Source: a virus (Duplodnaviria; Caudoviricetes). Taken from it: 64,000 nt of DNA. The stretch spans positions 8,096 through 72,095 of the IMG/VR virus record IMGVR_UViG_3300030620_000005. One strand, 5' to 3'. Positions 1-7,819 of this stretch are shown piece by piece. Position 1 is the first letter of the stretch, and each line of letters opens with the position of its first letter. A program made the position numbers and the translations under genes. The notes below the pieces were generated by a model. The model searched no databases and had not been told where the DNA came from. It was given only the letters and a program-made list of their open reading frames with translations.

Positions 1-249
1 GAGGCTGCTGTCCGGCTGGTCGCGGCGCTCGTACGCCTCGCAGTGCTCGCGGGCAGCCTCGGCCGTGGTGTAGAGGCCGAACACGATCGAGTCGTGGGAG
101 GCCCGGAACACCGTCAGCGGGCCGGTCTGCTGCTCGGCGAGGACCTCGTCACGGAACGCATCGAGCATCGAGCCGATGCGCTCCCAGCGGGAGGACATCT
201 CATGAAGGCCCTCGCCGAGGGCGGCTTCGAGTTCATCGCGGGCGCTCAC
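1..249 (-). CDS. Early hypothetical protein (runs off the window start)
   Basis: GTG at 249 overlaps the stop of the upstream gene (GTGA); reads MSARDELEAALGEG... with no stop before base 1. Confidence 0.65.
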   Translation of the reverse strand, partial: MSARDELEAALGEGLHEMSSRWERIGSMLDAFRDEVLAEQQTGPLTVFRASHDSIVFGLYTTAEAAREHCEAYERRDQPDSSL

Positions 250-689
250 GCTGTCCGCCTCCCGTCCTGCTCCGGAAGCGGGTTCGCCTTCAGGTGACGG
301 CGGGTCGCCGCGTGCGACGGATGCTTGATCAGCGACGCGCCCTGCGACCGCTCCGGGTTGAAGCGGGACAGCGACCGCTCCACCTCGGCCAGTTCAGCGG
401 CCAGACGGTGCACGTCCCGGATCGAGACTTCGACCTGCGCCGTGTCCATCCCGGCGACGTCCTCGACCTCTTCCAGCACGGCATCCAACTCGCCCTCACG
501 GGCCACGCCCTGCACGACAGCGGCCAGTTCGTCGAGTGCGTCGAGGACCTGGTCGCGGGTGTCGGGGTCACCCCACTTGGCGACGAGGGAGACGAGGGTG
601 TCGGTACGGATGGCGTCGAACCGGGCGACGCCGTGGAGGTGGTTGGAGCCGAGGTGGAACGACTGCTGCGGCTTCGACGAGTGGTTCAT
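246..689 (-). CDS. Early hypothetical protein
   Basis: ATG at 689 (MNHSSKPQQSF...) coupled by an ATGA overlap; acidic helical sequence. Confidence 0.75.
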   Translation of the reverse strand: MNHSSKPQQSFHLGSNHLHGVARFDAIRTDTLVSLVAKWGDPDTRDQVLDALDELAAVVQGVAREGELDAVLEEVEDVAGMDTAQVEVSIRDVHRLAAELAEVERSLSRFNPERSQGASLIKHPSHAATRRHLKANPLPEQDGRRTA

Positions 690-940
690 CGGGCGCTCTC
701 CTCGGTGATGTAGTCGACGGGGCGCACCGAACGCTGCGTCCACGAGAACCGGCCGCCTCGGGCCGTCCGGCGCTGCATCAGCCGCAGCACACCGTGGTGG
801 TACTCGTCCCAGCGGTGCTCCCACTCGCCGGCCTTCTGGTGCTGGGACTCGGCGGCGAGCGCGTAGGCCTGCGCCAGTTCCAGGCTCGGCGTGGCGGCAG
901 TCGGGAATTCGCCGACCATGACGACGTAGACGGTCTTCAT
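686..940 (-). CDS. Early hypothetical protein
   Basis: ATG at 940 (MKTVYVVMVGEFP...) with upstream GGAGG; ATGA coupling. Confidence 0.7.
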   Translation of the reverse strand: MKTVYVVMVGEFPTAATPSLELAQAYALAAESQHQKAGEWEHRWDEYHHGVLRLMQRRTARGGRFSWTQRSVRPVDYITEESAR

Positions 941-1275
941 CGGGTTGCCTCCGGGCGGGTGGTGAGGAGGATGAGGAGCGCGGCCATGTCCCGGCACGCT
1001 TCGCGGGCGGTGAACAGCGCGTGCCACACCCAGGCCGCGACCGGGGCCAACTGGTGGTGGGCGGAGGCGTACGCGCGGTTCAGGTTGTTGCCCGCGCACA
1101 CGGCGCCCTCGTGCACCGTCCTGGCCGTACGGCGCACCAGCGGGCGCGGGTCGAGGTCGCAGTCCAGCAGCGGCTCGAACAGCAGCAGCCACAGCAGCCA
1201 GCCGGTGGCGGTGAGGCCGGTGCCGAGCGACAAGAACGCCGCCCACTCGGCGAGGTCGTGGGTCTGATAGCTCAC
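937..1275 (-). CDS. Small membrane protein
   Basis: Two hydrophobic stretches (WAAFLSLGTGLTATGWLLWLLLF; MAALLILLTT); coupled on both sides. Confidence 0.7.
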   Translation of the reverse strand: MSYQTHDLAEWAAFLSLGTGLTATGWLLWLLLFEPLLDCDLDPRPLVRRTARTVHEGAVCAGNNLNRAYASAHHQLAPVAAWVWHALFTAREACRDMAALLILLTTRPEATR

Positions 1276-2147
1276 GAGCCACCGCCCGTCTCGGGCAGGT
1301 CGTGCGAGACCCGGTAGTCGTGGTGCAGCAGCGAGTCGTGCGGCTCCTCACGCAGCACCTGCGTCGGCGCGATCAGCCGCGTCAGCTTGTCCGCCGACAC
1401 CTCAGCGTTCGGGCCCGGCGCCGTGTTGTGCCCGTGCTGCGACTCCGCAATCAACCGCCACGTGGCGACGGCCTTCTCCATCTCGGCCAGCGCGCGCTCC
1501 TGCGGACGGTGCGCGGTCGCGGCCACCAGGTCGGCGCGGAAGTCGTAGAAGTCCTCCTCGTCCATGAGCGCGGCCCACGGGAACACGAGCGGGTACGAGC
1601 GGCGCTCCACCAGCCCCTCAGAGGCCTTACGGACAGCGTCGACGGTGAACATGCCGCCCGACGTGATTCCTTGGGCGTCGGCCTTGTCGCACAGGTCAAG
1701 CACCGCGTCGACGCAGCGGGAGAGGTAGGCCATCTCCTCGGCAATCGTCGGTTCCTTGCCGACGTACTTCGCGCGCTCGGCCTCCAGCTCGGCGACCCGA
1801 GCCCGCAACCCACGAACCTCCGCCAGCAGCGCAGCAAGGTGCCCGCTCACGACCGCCGCCGACTTCTCCGGCATCATCGCCAGCAGGTCGAGCGCGCCGA
1901 TCGCCTGCTCGCGCTCCGACGTCAGCCCCGACGGCTCCGGCCCGACCGGCACCGGCAACGCATCCGCCTGCCCCGCAATCCCGTGCTCCGCCAGCTCGGC
2001 CAGCGTCACCATCAGATACGGCGGGCACTTGCAGGAATCCGTCACCGCATACAGGCCGCGCCCGTCCTGCGTCACCGCCCGACGCACCCACGTCACACCG
2101 TCCTTCGTGTTCACCACCAGCGGGTCATGCGACGTCGGGGCGCTCAT
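1272..2147 (-). CDS. Phage early hypothetical protein with coiled coil
   Basis: 291-aa ORF with natural composition (LRARVAELEAER); ATGA coupling. Confidence 0.8.
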   Translation of the reverse strand: MSAPTSHDPLVVNTKDGVTWVRRAVTQDGRGLYAVTDSCKCPPYLMVTLAELAEHGIAGQADALPVPVGPEPSGLTSEREQAIGALDLLAMMPEKSAAVVSGHLAALLAEVRGLRARVAELEAERAKYVGKEPTIAEEMAYLSRCVDAVLDLCDKADAQGITSGGMFTVDAVRKASEGLVERRSYPLVFPWAALMDEEDFYDFRADLVAATAHRPQERALAEMEKAVATWRLIAESQHGHNTAPGPNAEVSADKLTRLIAPTQVLREEPHDSLLHHDYRVSHDLPETGGGS

Positions 2148-2443
2148 GCCGGCACCCCCGACGCGTCCGCGTCCAGCGCCGCCAGCAACATCCGCAGCCG
2201 GATCTCCAGCGTCACCGCCGCCTGGACCATGGCCTCGCGGTCGTGGATGTTCGCGCCCTGCTGCACGGCCAAGTCCTCCCGCGCAAGGCGCAGCGCGATG
2301 TCCAGCGGCGGCGCATACGCATCGGACGGCAGCGGCTGATACAGCGCCTCCACCGGCGGGACAGCCTTCGGCCGCGCCTGCGGCTTCTGCGCCAGCGTCA
2401 TCACGGCGATCGACGCGCCGGGGAGATCAGTAGGATTACTCAA
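2144..2443 (-). CDS. Hypothetical protein
   Basis: 99-aa ORF coupled to the downstream gene. Confidence 0.65.
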   Translation of the reverse strand: MSNPTDLPGASIAVMTLAQKPQARPKAVPPVEALYQPLPSDAYAPPLDIALRLAREDLAVQQGANIHDREAMVQAAVTLEIRLRMLLAALDADASGVPA

Positions 2444-2529
2444 GGTGATCCACTTCCTTCTCTGGGTTCAGTGGGTTGCCGAGGGGCTGTCGGGACCGGG
2501 CATGGTCCGGGCGGCCCCGTCTTCTTTGG

Positions 2530-2787
2530 TCAGGCGGCCGACGTGCGCTCCCGGCGCTTGCGCGCCGACTCCAGCCCCATCCGCCTGAAGTGCGCCCGCC
2601 GCAGGTTCTCTGCGACCTTCGCGATGAACTCGTCACCGGCGTCCGGGTGCAGCTCGCGGGCCTGCTTCTCGAAGCGGGCTTCGGCGGCGCGGTTGCCGGG
2701 TGCGGTGCGGGCGGTGCGGTCGGGGGTTTTCGCCCAGCTCATCTCTGCGCCGAGTTGGGCGCGGAGCCGGCGTTCTTCGGCGTTCAT
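2530..2787 (-). CDS. Small basic phage protein directly after cro
   Basis: ATG at 2787 overlaps the cro stop; MNAEERRLRAQLGAEMSWAKTPDRTARTAP... Confidence 0.75.
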   Translation of the reverse strand: MNAEERRLRAQLGAEMSWAKTPDRTARTAPGNRAAEARFEKQARELHPDAGDEFIAKVAENLRRAHFRRMGLESARKRRERTSAA

Positions 2788-3068
2788 CTCTCTTCTTCCT
2801 CCGTGTTCGCGTTCTTGAACGTGTATGCGATGGGCGTGAAAAGCCAGCCCTGTTCGGCGTCGACTTCGTTGAGGACGGCGTGCATCTTGCTCTGAGGGAG
2901 CTTGGGCTGCCGTCCGTGGATCATGTGCCAGATTTTGCTTTTGCTGATGCCGGTTGCGTCGGCGAGGCTGCGTGCCGTGTGGCGGCGGCCGTTTTCGGTA
3001 GGGCCTCGCATGAGCCGCTTCAGGAGCGGGGCGTTTGTGAGGCGGTAGATGGGTTCGGCGTCGGGCAC
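2784..3068 (-). CDS. Cro-like XRE helix-turn-helix protein
   Basis: GTG at 3068 with GGAGG; HTH signature TARSLADATGISKSKIWHMIHG; divergent from the repressor. Confidence 0.82.
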   Translation of the reverse strand: MPDAEPIYRLTNAPLLKRLMRGPTENGRRHTARSLADATGISKSKIWHMIHGRQPKLPQSKMHAVLNEVDAEQGWLFTPIAYTFKNANTEEEER

Positions 3069-3087
3069 CAGTTCCTCCCGTGGCGTC

Positions 3088-3103
3088 CACGTTCGTGAAC
3101 ATG
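3088..3103. promoter_or_regulatory. Candidate repressor operator CACGTTC-N2-GAACATG, with related copies at 2808-2823 and 3215-3230
   Basis: Near-palindromic 16-mer present three times in the immunity region; this copy lies just downstream of a minus-strand TGGACA-N18-TAGCTT promoter (3136-3107). Confidence 0.6.
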
Positions 3104-3308
3104 AACAAGCTAAGCATGGCGTTGCTCTGCTGTCCAGTGCTGTGCGGGAATCGTCCGATCCTGTCCCCGTTTTCCGTAGCGTTCGGCTTGAACATTCGAG
3201 GCTGGGGGCGCGTGAGTGTTCTTGAACGTGGACAATGACGCTGACTCGGGCGGAGGTTCGCCCCCCACACCGACCAACCCGCCGGCCCCCGCAAGCGAGG
3301 ACACGACC

Positions 3309-3677
3309 ATGCAGACCCTCACCGAACTCGTAGCCGACCGCCTCGGCCCGGGACGCCCACTCACCTACGACAAGTTCGAAGAACAGGCCATCGACGAACG
3401 CACCGGATACCGGCCCAGCAGGGGAGTCCTGTGGAAAGTCGCCCACGGTAAAAAGGTCCACATCGATCCGCCGCTCATCCGGGCCATCGCCGCCGGCCTC
3501 CGCATCCCCGAAGCGCAGGTGCAGGCGGCTGCGGCTTACCAGTTCCTCGGCCTGGTCGTCACCCAGACCGCCGAGGGGATCGCTCTCACCATGCCCGGCA
3601 CCAAAGATCCGGACACGGACGCAGTGCTACGGCAGGCCGAGCGCGCGCGGAACGAGGGGGAGGACGACTCGAACTGA
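3309..3677 (+). CDS. Immunity repressor candidate (XRE-like HTH)
   Basis: ATG at 3309 with GAGG; SRGVLWKVAHGK...LIRAIAAGLRIP pattern; divergent from cro and upstream of the integrase. Confidence 0.75.
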   Translation: MQTLTELVADRLGPGRPLTYDKFEEQAIDERTGYRPSRGVLWKVAHGKKVHIDPPLIRAIAAGLRIPEAQVQAAAAYQFLGLVVTQTAEGIALTMPGTKDPDTDAVLRQAERARNEGEDDSN

Positions 3678-3702
3678 CTGCCTGTTTACATACAACCGAC
3701 AT

Positions 3703-4083
3703 GTGTTGAAAGGGCATGCATTTATGCATTGCGGGTTCTGTGGCGGTCGGGATGCGGCGTACAGTTCCTGGCTCGACAACGGACGTGCGTGCGGCTTTTC
3801 GGACGTTGTGCGGCCAGCACGCACGAGACAGGGGGATCCTGTGGTCGCGCTGACGCTCAATCTTGAGGCGCGCGAGCATGCGCCCGGCACGGCTGTCGCG
3901 CTTCACCCTGGCGGCCGCGGCGCGTACGCGTCGTACGACCCTGCGCAGATCAGTGAGGCGGATGCGGTTCGGGCGATCGGGCTGGTTGCCAAGGGCTGCC
4001 CGGATGCGCTGGAGGTGTGTACGGCGGGTGGCCGAGAAAGAAGTTCAGTCGAGGGTATTGCAAAGCATGGCGGCTCTTTGTGA
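3703..4083 (+). CDS. Hypothetical protein between repressor and integrase (N-terminal CxxC)
   Basis: MHCGFCGG...; start may be ATG 3724. Confidence 0.55.
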   Translation: MLKGHAFMHCGFCGGRDAAYSSWLDNGRACGFSDVVRPARTRQGDPVVALTLNLEAREHAPGTAVALHPGGRGAYASYDPAQISEADAVRAIGLVAKGCPDALEVCTAGGRERSSVEGIAKHGGSL

Positions 4084-4157
4084 CCCCCAATGACGGGCTT
4101 AAGCATGGCGTTAATCGCTGTGTAGTGCGCGACTATCTTGACTGAGTGACGTCACGG

Positions 4158-4198
4158 AAAGTGCCCCTGACCTTTACAAACATGGTCGGGGGCACTTT
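4158..4198. terminator. Hairpin AAAGTGCCCCTGACC...GGTCGGGGGCACTTT
   Basis: 15-bp inverted repeat with one G-U pair and A/T flanks, upstream of the integrase. Confidence 0.65.
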
Positions 4199-4263
4199 GC
4201 TGTCCGAAGCATGGCGCTGCCAGTGGAGATACCACATGGTAAGACCATGCGCAGGGGGCGACC

Positions 4264-5157
4264 ATGACCACCGACGACATGCGCAGACTCCTCGACTCCT
4301 GGACCCTCCACCTACGCGCCGAACGCAAAAGCCAGCAGACCGTGAAGACCTACACCGACGGCATCAAACGCTTCATCGCCTGGTGCGAGCGCACCGGCCG
4401 CGAGCCTGACCTCGCACGAGCCGTAGTGAACGCCTTCGTCGCAGATCTCCTCGACGACGGCGCAGAGGCTGCCACGGCCCGCTCTCGACAGTTGTCCCTC
4501 CGCCGGTTCTCCACATGGCTGGCCGAAGAGGGAGAGCTCGACAGCGACCCGCTGGTGGGCCTGAAGCCGCCCAAGCTCGATAGCAAAATTATCCCTGAAC
4601 TATCCGACGACCAGCTCCGCTCGTTGATCAAGGCGTGCGCCGGCAAGGACTTCTGGGAACGCCGCGACGAGGCAATCATCCGACTAATGATCGAGACCGG
4701 GGCGAGGATCGGTGAAGTCGTCGCCATGGAAGTGGACGACATCGACCTGCCCGCCGGCACTGTGATCGTGCGCCGCGGCAAGGGAGGCAAGGGCCGCAGG
4801 GTGCCTATCGGGCCGCAGACGTCTCGCGCGGTTGACCGGTATCTGCGGTTGCGGCGGGCTCACAGGCTTTCCGGGACGCCGGATCTGTGGCTCGGTGACC
4901 GGGGTAAGACGATCGGATATTCGGGTCTCTACGACAGTCTGGTGCGGCGTGCGAGGATCGCGGGTGTTGGGGACTTCCATCCGCATGTGTTGCGGCATAC
5001 GGCGGCTGGGAGGTGGCTTCAGCGGGGTGGGTCGGAGGGGGGGTTGATGGCGGTGGCTGGGTGGTCGCGGCGGGACATGATTGATCGGTATACGCGGGCG
5101 ACGGCGGCGAAGCGTGCTGCTGATGAGGCGCGGGGGCTGAATCTGGGTGATCTTTGA
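4264..5157 (+). CDS. int: Tyrosine integrase/recombinase (XerC-like length, no obvious arm-binding domain)
   Basis: TGARIGE (R), RGKGGKGR (K), HPHVLRHT (H-x-x-R), GW, RY (Tyr) catalytic motifs. Confidence 0.95.
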   Translation: MTTDDMRRLLDSWTLHLRAERKSQQTVKTYTDGIKRFIAWCERTGREPDLARAVVNAFVADLLDDGAEAATARSRQLSLRRFSTWLAEEGELDSDPLVGLKPPKLDSKIIPELSDDQLRSLIKACAGKDFWERRDEAIIRLMIETGARIGEVVAMEVDDIDLPAGTVIVRRGKGGKGRRVPIGPQTSRAVDRYLRLRRAHRLSGTPDLWLGDRGKTIGYSGLYDSLVRRARIAGVGDFHPHVLRHTAAGRWLQRGGSEGGLMAVAGWSRRDMIDRYTRATAAKRAADEARGLNLGDL

Positions 5158-5175
5158 TCGCCGTAGGCTGTCTGT

Positions 5176-5364
5176 ATGCCCTTGAACTTTCCCGCCTCTG
5201 GTTCCGTGCGGTCTGCTGCCGTGGTGAACGAGGAGATCCGTGCCCTGTGGGGAGACCGGGGAGATCCGCGCGTGCAGCTCGTCGGCGAGGCACGGGACCG
5301 GTACGAGCGGCTGTATGCGGAGTGGGCGGCAGCGGTACGGGCCGAGGTGGTGGAGGCGGCGTAG
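5176..5364 (+). CDS. Small hypothetical protein, probably leaderless
   Basis: TAGGCT -10 box 6 nt before the ATG; 62 aa. Confidence 0.6.
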   Translation: MPLNFPASGSVRSAAVVNEEIRALWGDRGDPRVQLVGEARDRYERLYAEWAAAVRAEVVEAA

Positions 5365-5458
5365 CTTTTCGTGCTGTCACGAAAAAGCCTGGTCAGCCAG
5401 GTTCCCCGCATGGGGAAGCTGAGGTCAGCGCATCACTTCGCCGTCTGGCGAAGTGATG
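5364..5458. terminator. Cluster of three hairpins between convergent genes
   Basis: GCTTTTCGTG/CACGAAAAAGC (5364-5388), TTCCCC/GGGGAA (5402-5417), perfect 12-bp CATCACTTCGCC/GGCGAAGTGATG (5431-5458). Confidence 0.75.
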
Positions 5459-5466
5459 TCCCGCCG

Positions 5467-5724
5467 TCACGACGAGCCGTCACCCGCGGACAGGTGCTCC
5501 TCGAACCGCTGCCTCAACTCACACAGTTCCCGCGCCGTCTCGTCCACCTTCCGTTCGGTGCGTGTCACGGTGTCTTTGATCGAGTGGCCGCCGTTCGGCG
5601 ACAACTCCTGCACCGCGGTCACGATCGTCACGATCCGCCGGTTGATGCGCCACACGCCGCGGGCGAGTGCGCCGATGGCGATGAGTGCGGCTGCTCCGGC
5701 GCCGAGGTAGATGAGTAGGTCCAT
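5467..5724 (-). CDS. Single-TM membrane protein with coiled coil, of the type found in actinophage lysis cassettes
   Basis: ATG 5724 with GGAGG; N-terminal TM (LLIYLGAGAAALIAIGALA) followed by ELSPNGGHSIKD motif and a coiled coil. Confidence 0.7.
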   Translation of the reverse strand: MDLLIYLGAGAAALIAIGALARGVWRINRRIVTIVTAVQELSPNGGHSIKDTVTRTERKVDETARELCELRQRFEEHLSAGDGSS

Positions 5725-5877
5725 GGGCCCCTCCGTGGTGCGGGCCCTCATGGTGGTGGGCCGTTCGAACGTGAGTGTGGCATTCGAACGCTCGGGCATA
5801 TTCCGGCAACATGGGCCACTTGCATCCCGGCTGCATAATGGTATTCAGCCCTCCGGCGAAGTGAATGCGAGGCCAGC

Positions 5878-6123
5878 ATGCAGCAAACCGCACGACGGCC
5901 CGGACGCCCCCGCGACCCCGACGTCATCGCCCGCGACGAGACCATCTACCAACTCATCGCCGACGGCCACGCCACCCGCCGAGACCTCGCCACACAGGCC
6001 GGACTGGACCGCGACGCCGTCTACCTCTCCTGCTCCCGGCTCCGTAAGCAGGGCCGTATCCGGCAGTGCCTCCAGCACGGCGTCATCGTCTGGTCCGTCG
6101 CCGACGACACCCCGTGCCCCTGA
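5878..6123 (+). CDS. Small winged-helix DNA-binding protein
   Basis: IYQLIADGHATRRDLATQAGLDRDAVYLSCSRLRKQGRI. Confidence 0.7.
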   Translation: MQQTARRPGRPRDPDVIARDETIYQLIADGHATRRDLATQAGLDRDAVYLSCSRLRKQGRIRQCLQHGVIVWSVADDTPCP

Positions 6124-6135
6124 GAGGAGACGCCA

Positions 6136-6374
6136 TGGTCGCCATCGGCCAGACCATCAACATCCTCAGCGTCACTGTGTTCCTTGCCGCCGCACTACTC
6201 GCCGCGCTCGGCAAACTGTCCGCCCGACTGTTCTTCACTACAGGCGTCGCCACCAACATCGTCGGGCTCATCGGAACCTCGATCAGCGGGAGCGTCTGGG
6301 GCGCCACGCTGCACGTGATCGCTATCGGCTGTTTCATCGCTGCCTTGGCCGTACACCGTTTGAGGTCGTCATGA
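6136..6374 (+). CDS. Small membrane protein
   Basis: ATG 6136 with AGGAG; about 3 hydrophobic helices. Confidence 0.7.
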
Positions 6375-6766
6375 GCATCGTCGAGTTCTTCTCCGCCGAT
6401 GACGTCGCCTGGCAGGCCGACGCCCCCTGCGCCACCGTCGGCTTCGACTTCGTCCCCGACGTCGAAACGGACGAAGGGCTCGCCGCCGCGCAGGAGTGGT
6501 GCAAAACCTGCGACGTCCGCACCCGCTGCCTGGCGTGGGCGATGCTCAACCGGGCCGAAGGGTATTGGGGCGGCACGACCACCTACCAGCGTGACCAGCT
6601 ACGGCGGGTGCGCACCCGCGCGAAGTGCCCGCTGTGTCTCTGCACGGCACCGGCGCTGGTGTATCAGGGCCCGCACGAACTGTGCCTCGCGTGCGGAATC
6701 TCGTGGGTGCGCGACGTGCGTGAGGAACCAATCGCCGCCACACCGCTACCATCGGCCGCAGCCTGA
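6371..6766 (+). CDS. whiB: WhiB-family Fe-S transcription factor with a C-terminal zinc ribbon
   Basis: WQADAPC...CKTCDVRTRC...GYWGG WhiB signature, then CPLC...CLAC; ATG 6371 overlaps the upstream stop. Confidence 0.88.
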   Translation: MSIVEFFSADDVAWQADAPCATVGFDFVPDVETDEGLAAAQEWCKTCDVRTRCLAWAMLNRAEGYWGGTTTYQRDQLRRVRTRAKCPLCLCTAPALVYQGPHELCLACGISWVRDVREEPIAATPLPSAAA

Positions 6767-6787
6767 ACTGCGAAGGAGCATCACCCG

Positions 6788-7345
6788 ATGCAGAAAATCC
6801 CAACCCTCTTCGTCCGTAACCCCGAAGACCGCCGCCACGTCCTGCCCGACGTCACGCCCGGCTGCGAATGGGTGATCGACGGCGAAGGCGTCGCCACCCG
6901 CAAGTGGGACGGCACCTGCGTCATGCTCGACGAGCACGGCGCCTGGTGGGCCCGCCGCGAGGTCAAGCCCGGCAAGAACATCCCGCCCGGCTACCAGATC
7001 GTCCAGCATGACGAAGCGACGGGAAAGCTCGTCGGCTGGGAGCCGATGGCGCAGTCGTCGTTCGCGAAGTTCCACGCCGAGGCTGTGGAGAACTGTGGCG
7101 GTGTTGAGGGCGCGGACACGTATGAACTCCTCGGGCCGAAGATCAACGGCAACCCCGACGGCTTCGACGTCCACGTCCTCATGCCCCACGGCTGGGCCCG
7201 GCGCTCCGACCGTATCGACTGTGAAGCCGCGCCCCGCGACTACGGCGGACTCCGGACGTGGCTGCTCGCCCGCCACTACGAGGGCCTCGTCTGGCACCAC
7301 GCCGACGGACGGATGGCGAAGCTGAAGGCGAAGGACTTCCACTAA
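6788..7345 (+). CDS. ATP-dependent RNA-ligase-like nucleotidyltransferase (DUF5565/RLIG1-like)
   Basis: Motif I ATRKWDGT, YELLGPKINGNP, motif IV EGLVW, motif V MAKLK. Confidence 0.75.
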   Translation: MQKIPTLFVRNPEDRRHVLPDVTPGCEWVIDGEGVATRKWDGTCVMLDEHGAWWARREVKPGKNIPPGYQIVQHDEATGKLVGWEPMAQSSFAKFHAEAVENCGGVEGADTYELLGPKINGNPDGFDVHVLMPHGWARRSDRIDCEAAPRDYGGLRTWLLARHYEGLVWHHADGRMAKLKAKDFH

Positions 7346-7373
7346 GCCGGGACCGCCATGCGAGGATGCCACC

Positions 7374-7607
7374 ATGGCTCGACAGGAATGGGTCCCAGAA
7401 CTCACCGACGAAGACTGGCGGATCTGGTTCGACTCACCAGACGGCTCGATGGCTTGCCCCGCCGACGGATGCGGACGAGTCTCGGCCGCCTACTGGGACG
7501 GCATCAACGAGGTGCTGAAGTGGGCCGGATGCAAGCACCGGGCGTTCGTGCCGGAGTCCCCGCTGATGTGGCCGCCGCCGGAGTCTCACGTACGACGAGG
7601 ACAGTGA
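7374..7607 (+). CDS. Small Cys-containing hypothetical protein
   Basis: 77-aa ORF, Trp/Cys-rich. Confidence 0.6.
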   Translation: MARQEWVPELTDEDWRIWFDSPDGSMACPADGCGRVSAAYWDGINEVLKWAGCKHRAFVPESPLMWPPPESHVRRGQ

Positions 7608-7648
7608 GCGCTACACCGCTACCCGCGTCGGCTGCTTAGGATGCGTTC

Positions 7649-7819
7649 ATGAGCAGCGAGGAAGAACCGGACTTCAAAGACCTCAAGGCCTACTACGAAG
7701 GCACCCCCGAAGAGCGCCGCGCCGCAGCCCGACGTCTCGACGAACGGGCGCTCCGCGAAGGGCAGATCAGCCAGGAAGACTTCGACAGGCAATGGGGTCC
7801 CGGCGCGTCGCCGAGTTAA
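7649..7819 (+). CDS. Small acidic hypothetical protein, probably leaderless (56 aa, absent from the ORF track)
   Basis: TAGGAT -10 box 6 nt before the ATG; MSSEEEPDFKDLKAYYEG...; its stop overlaps the convergent GT stop. Confidence 0.6.
   Translation: MSSEEEPDFKDLKAYYEGTPEERRAAARRLDERALREGQISQEDFDRQWGPGASPS

Noticed and set aside
4084-4263. tRNA or tmRNA fragment as the att core
   Set aside because: Hairpins and a GTGACGTCAC palindrome are present, but no T-loop or CCA-type 3' end could be recognised
3216-5157. Integration-dependent immunity (attP inside the repressor, with degradation tags)
   Set aside because: Neither Int (…NLGDL) nor the repressor (…EDDSN) ends in an ssrA-like tag, and no att core was seen in the repressor gene
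5761-5790. LexA/SOS box from two TTCGAAC sequences
   Set aside because: Orientation and spacing do not fit TCGAAC-N4-GTTCGA
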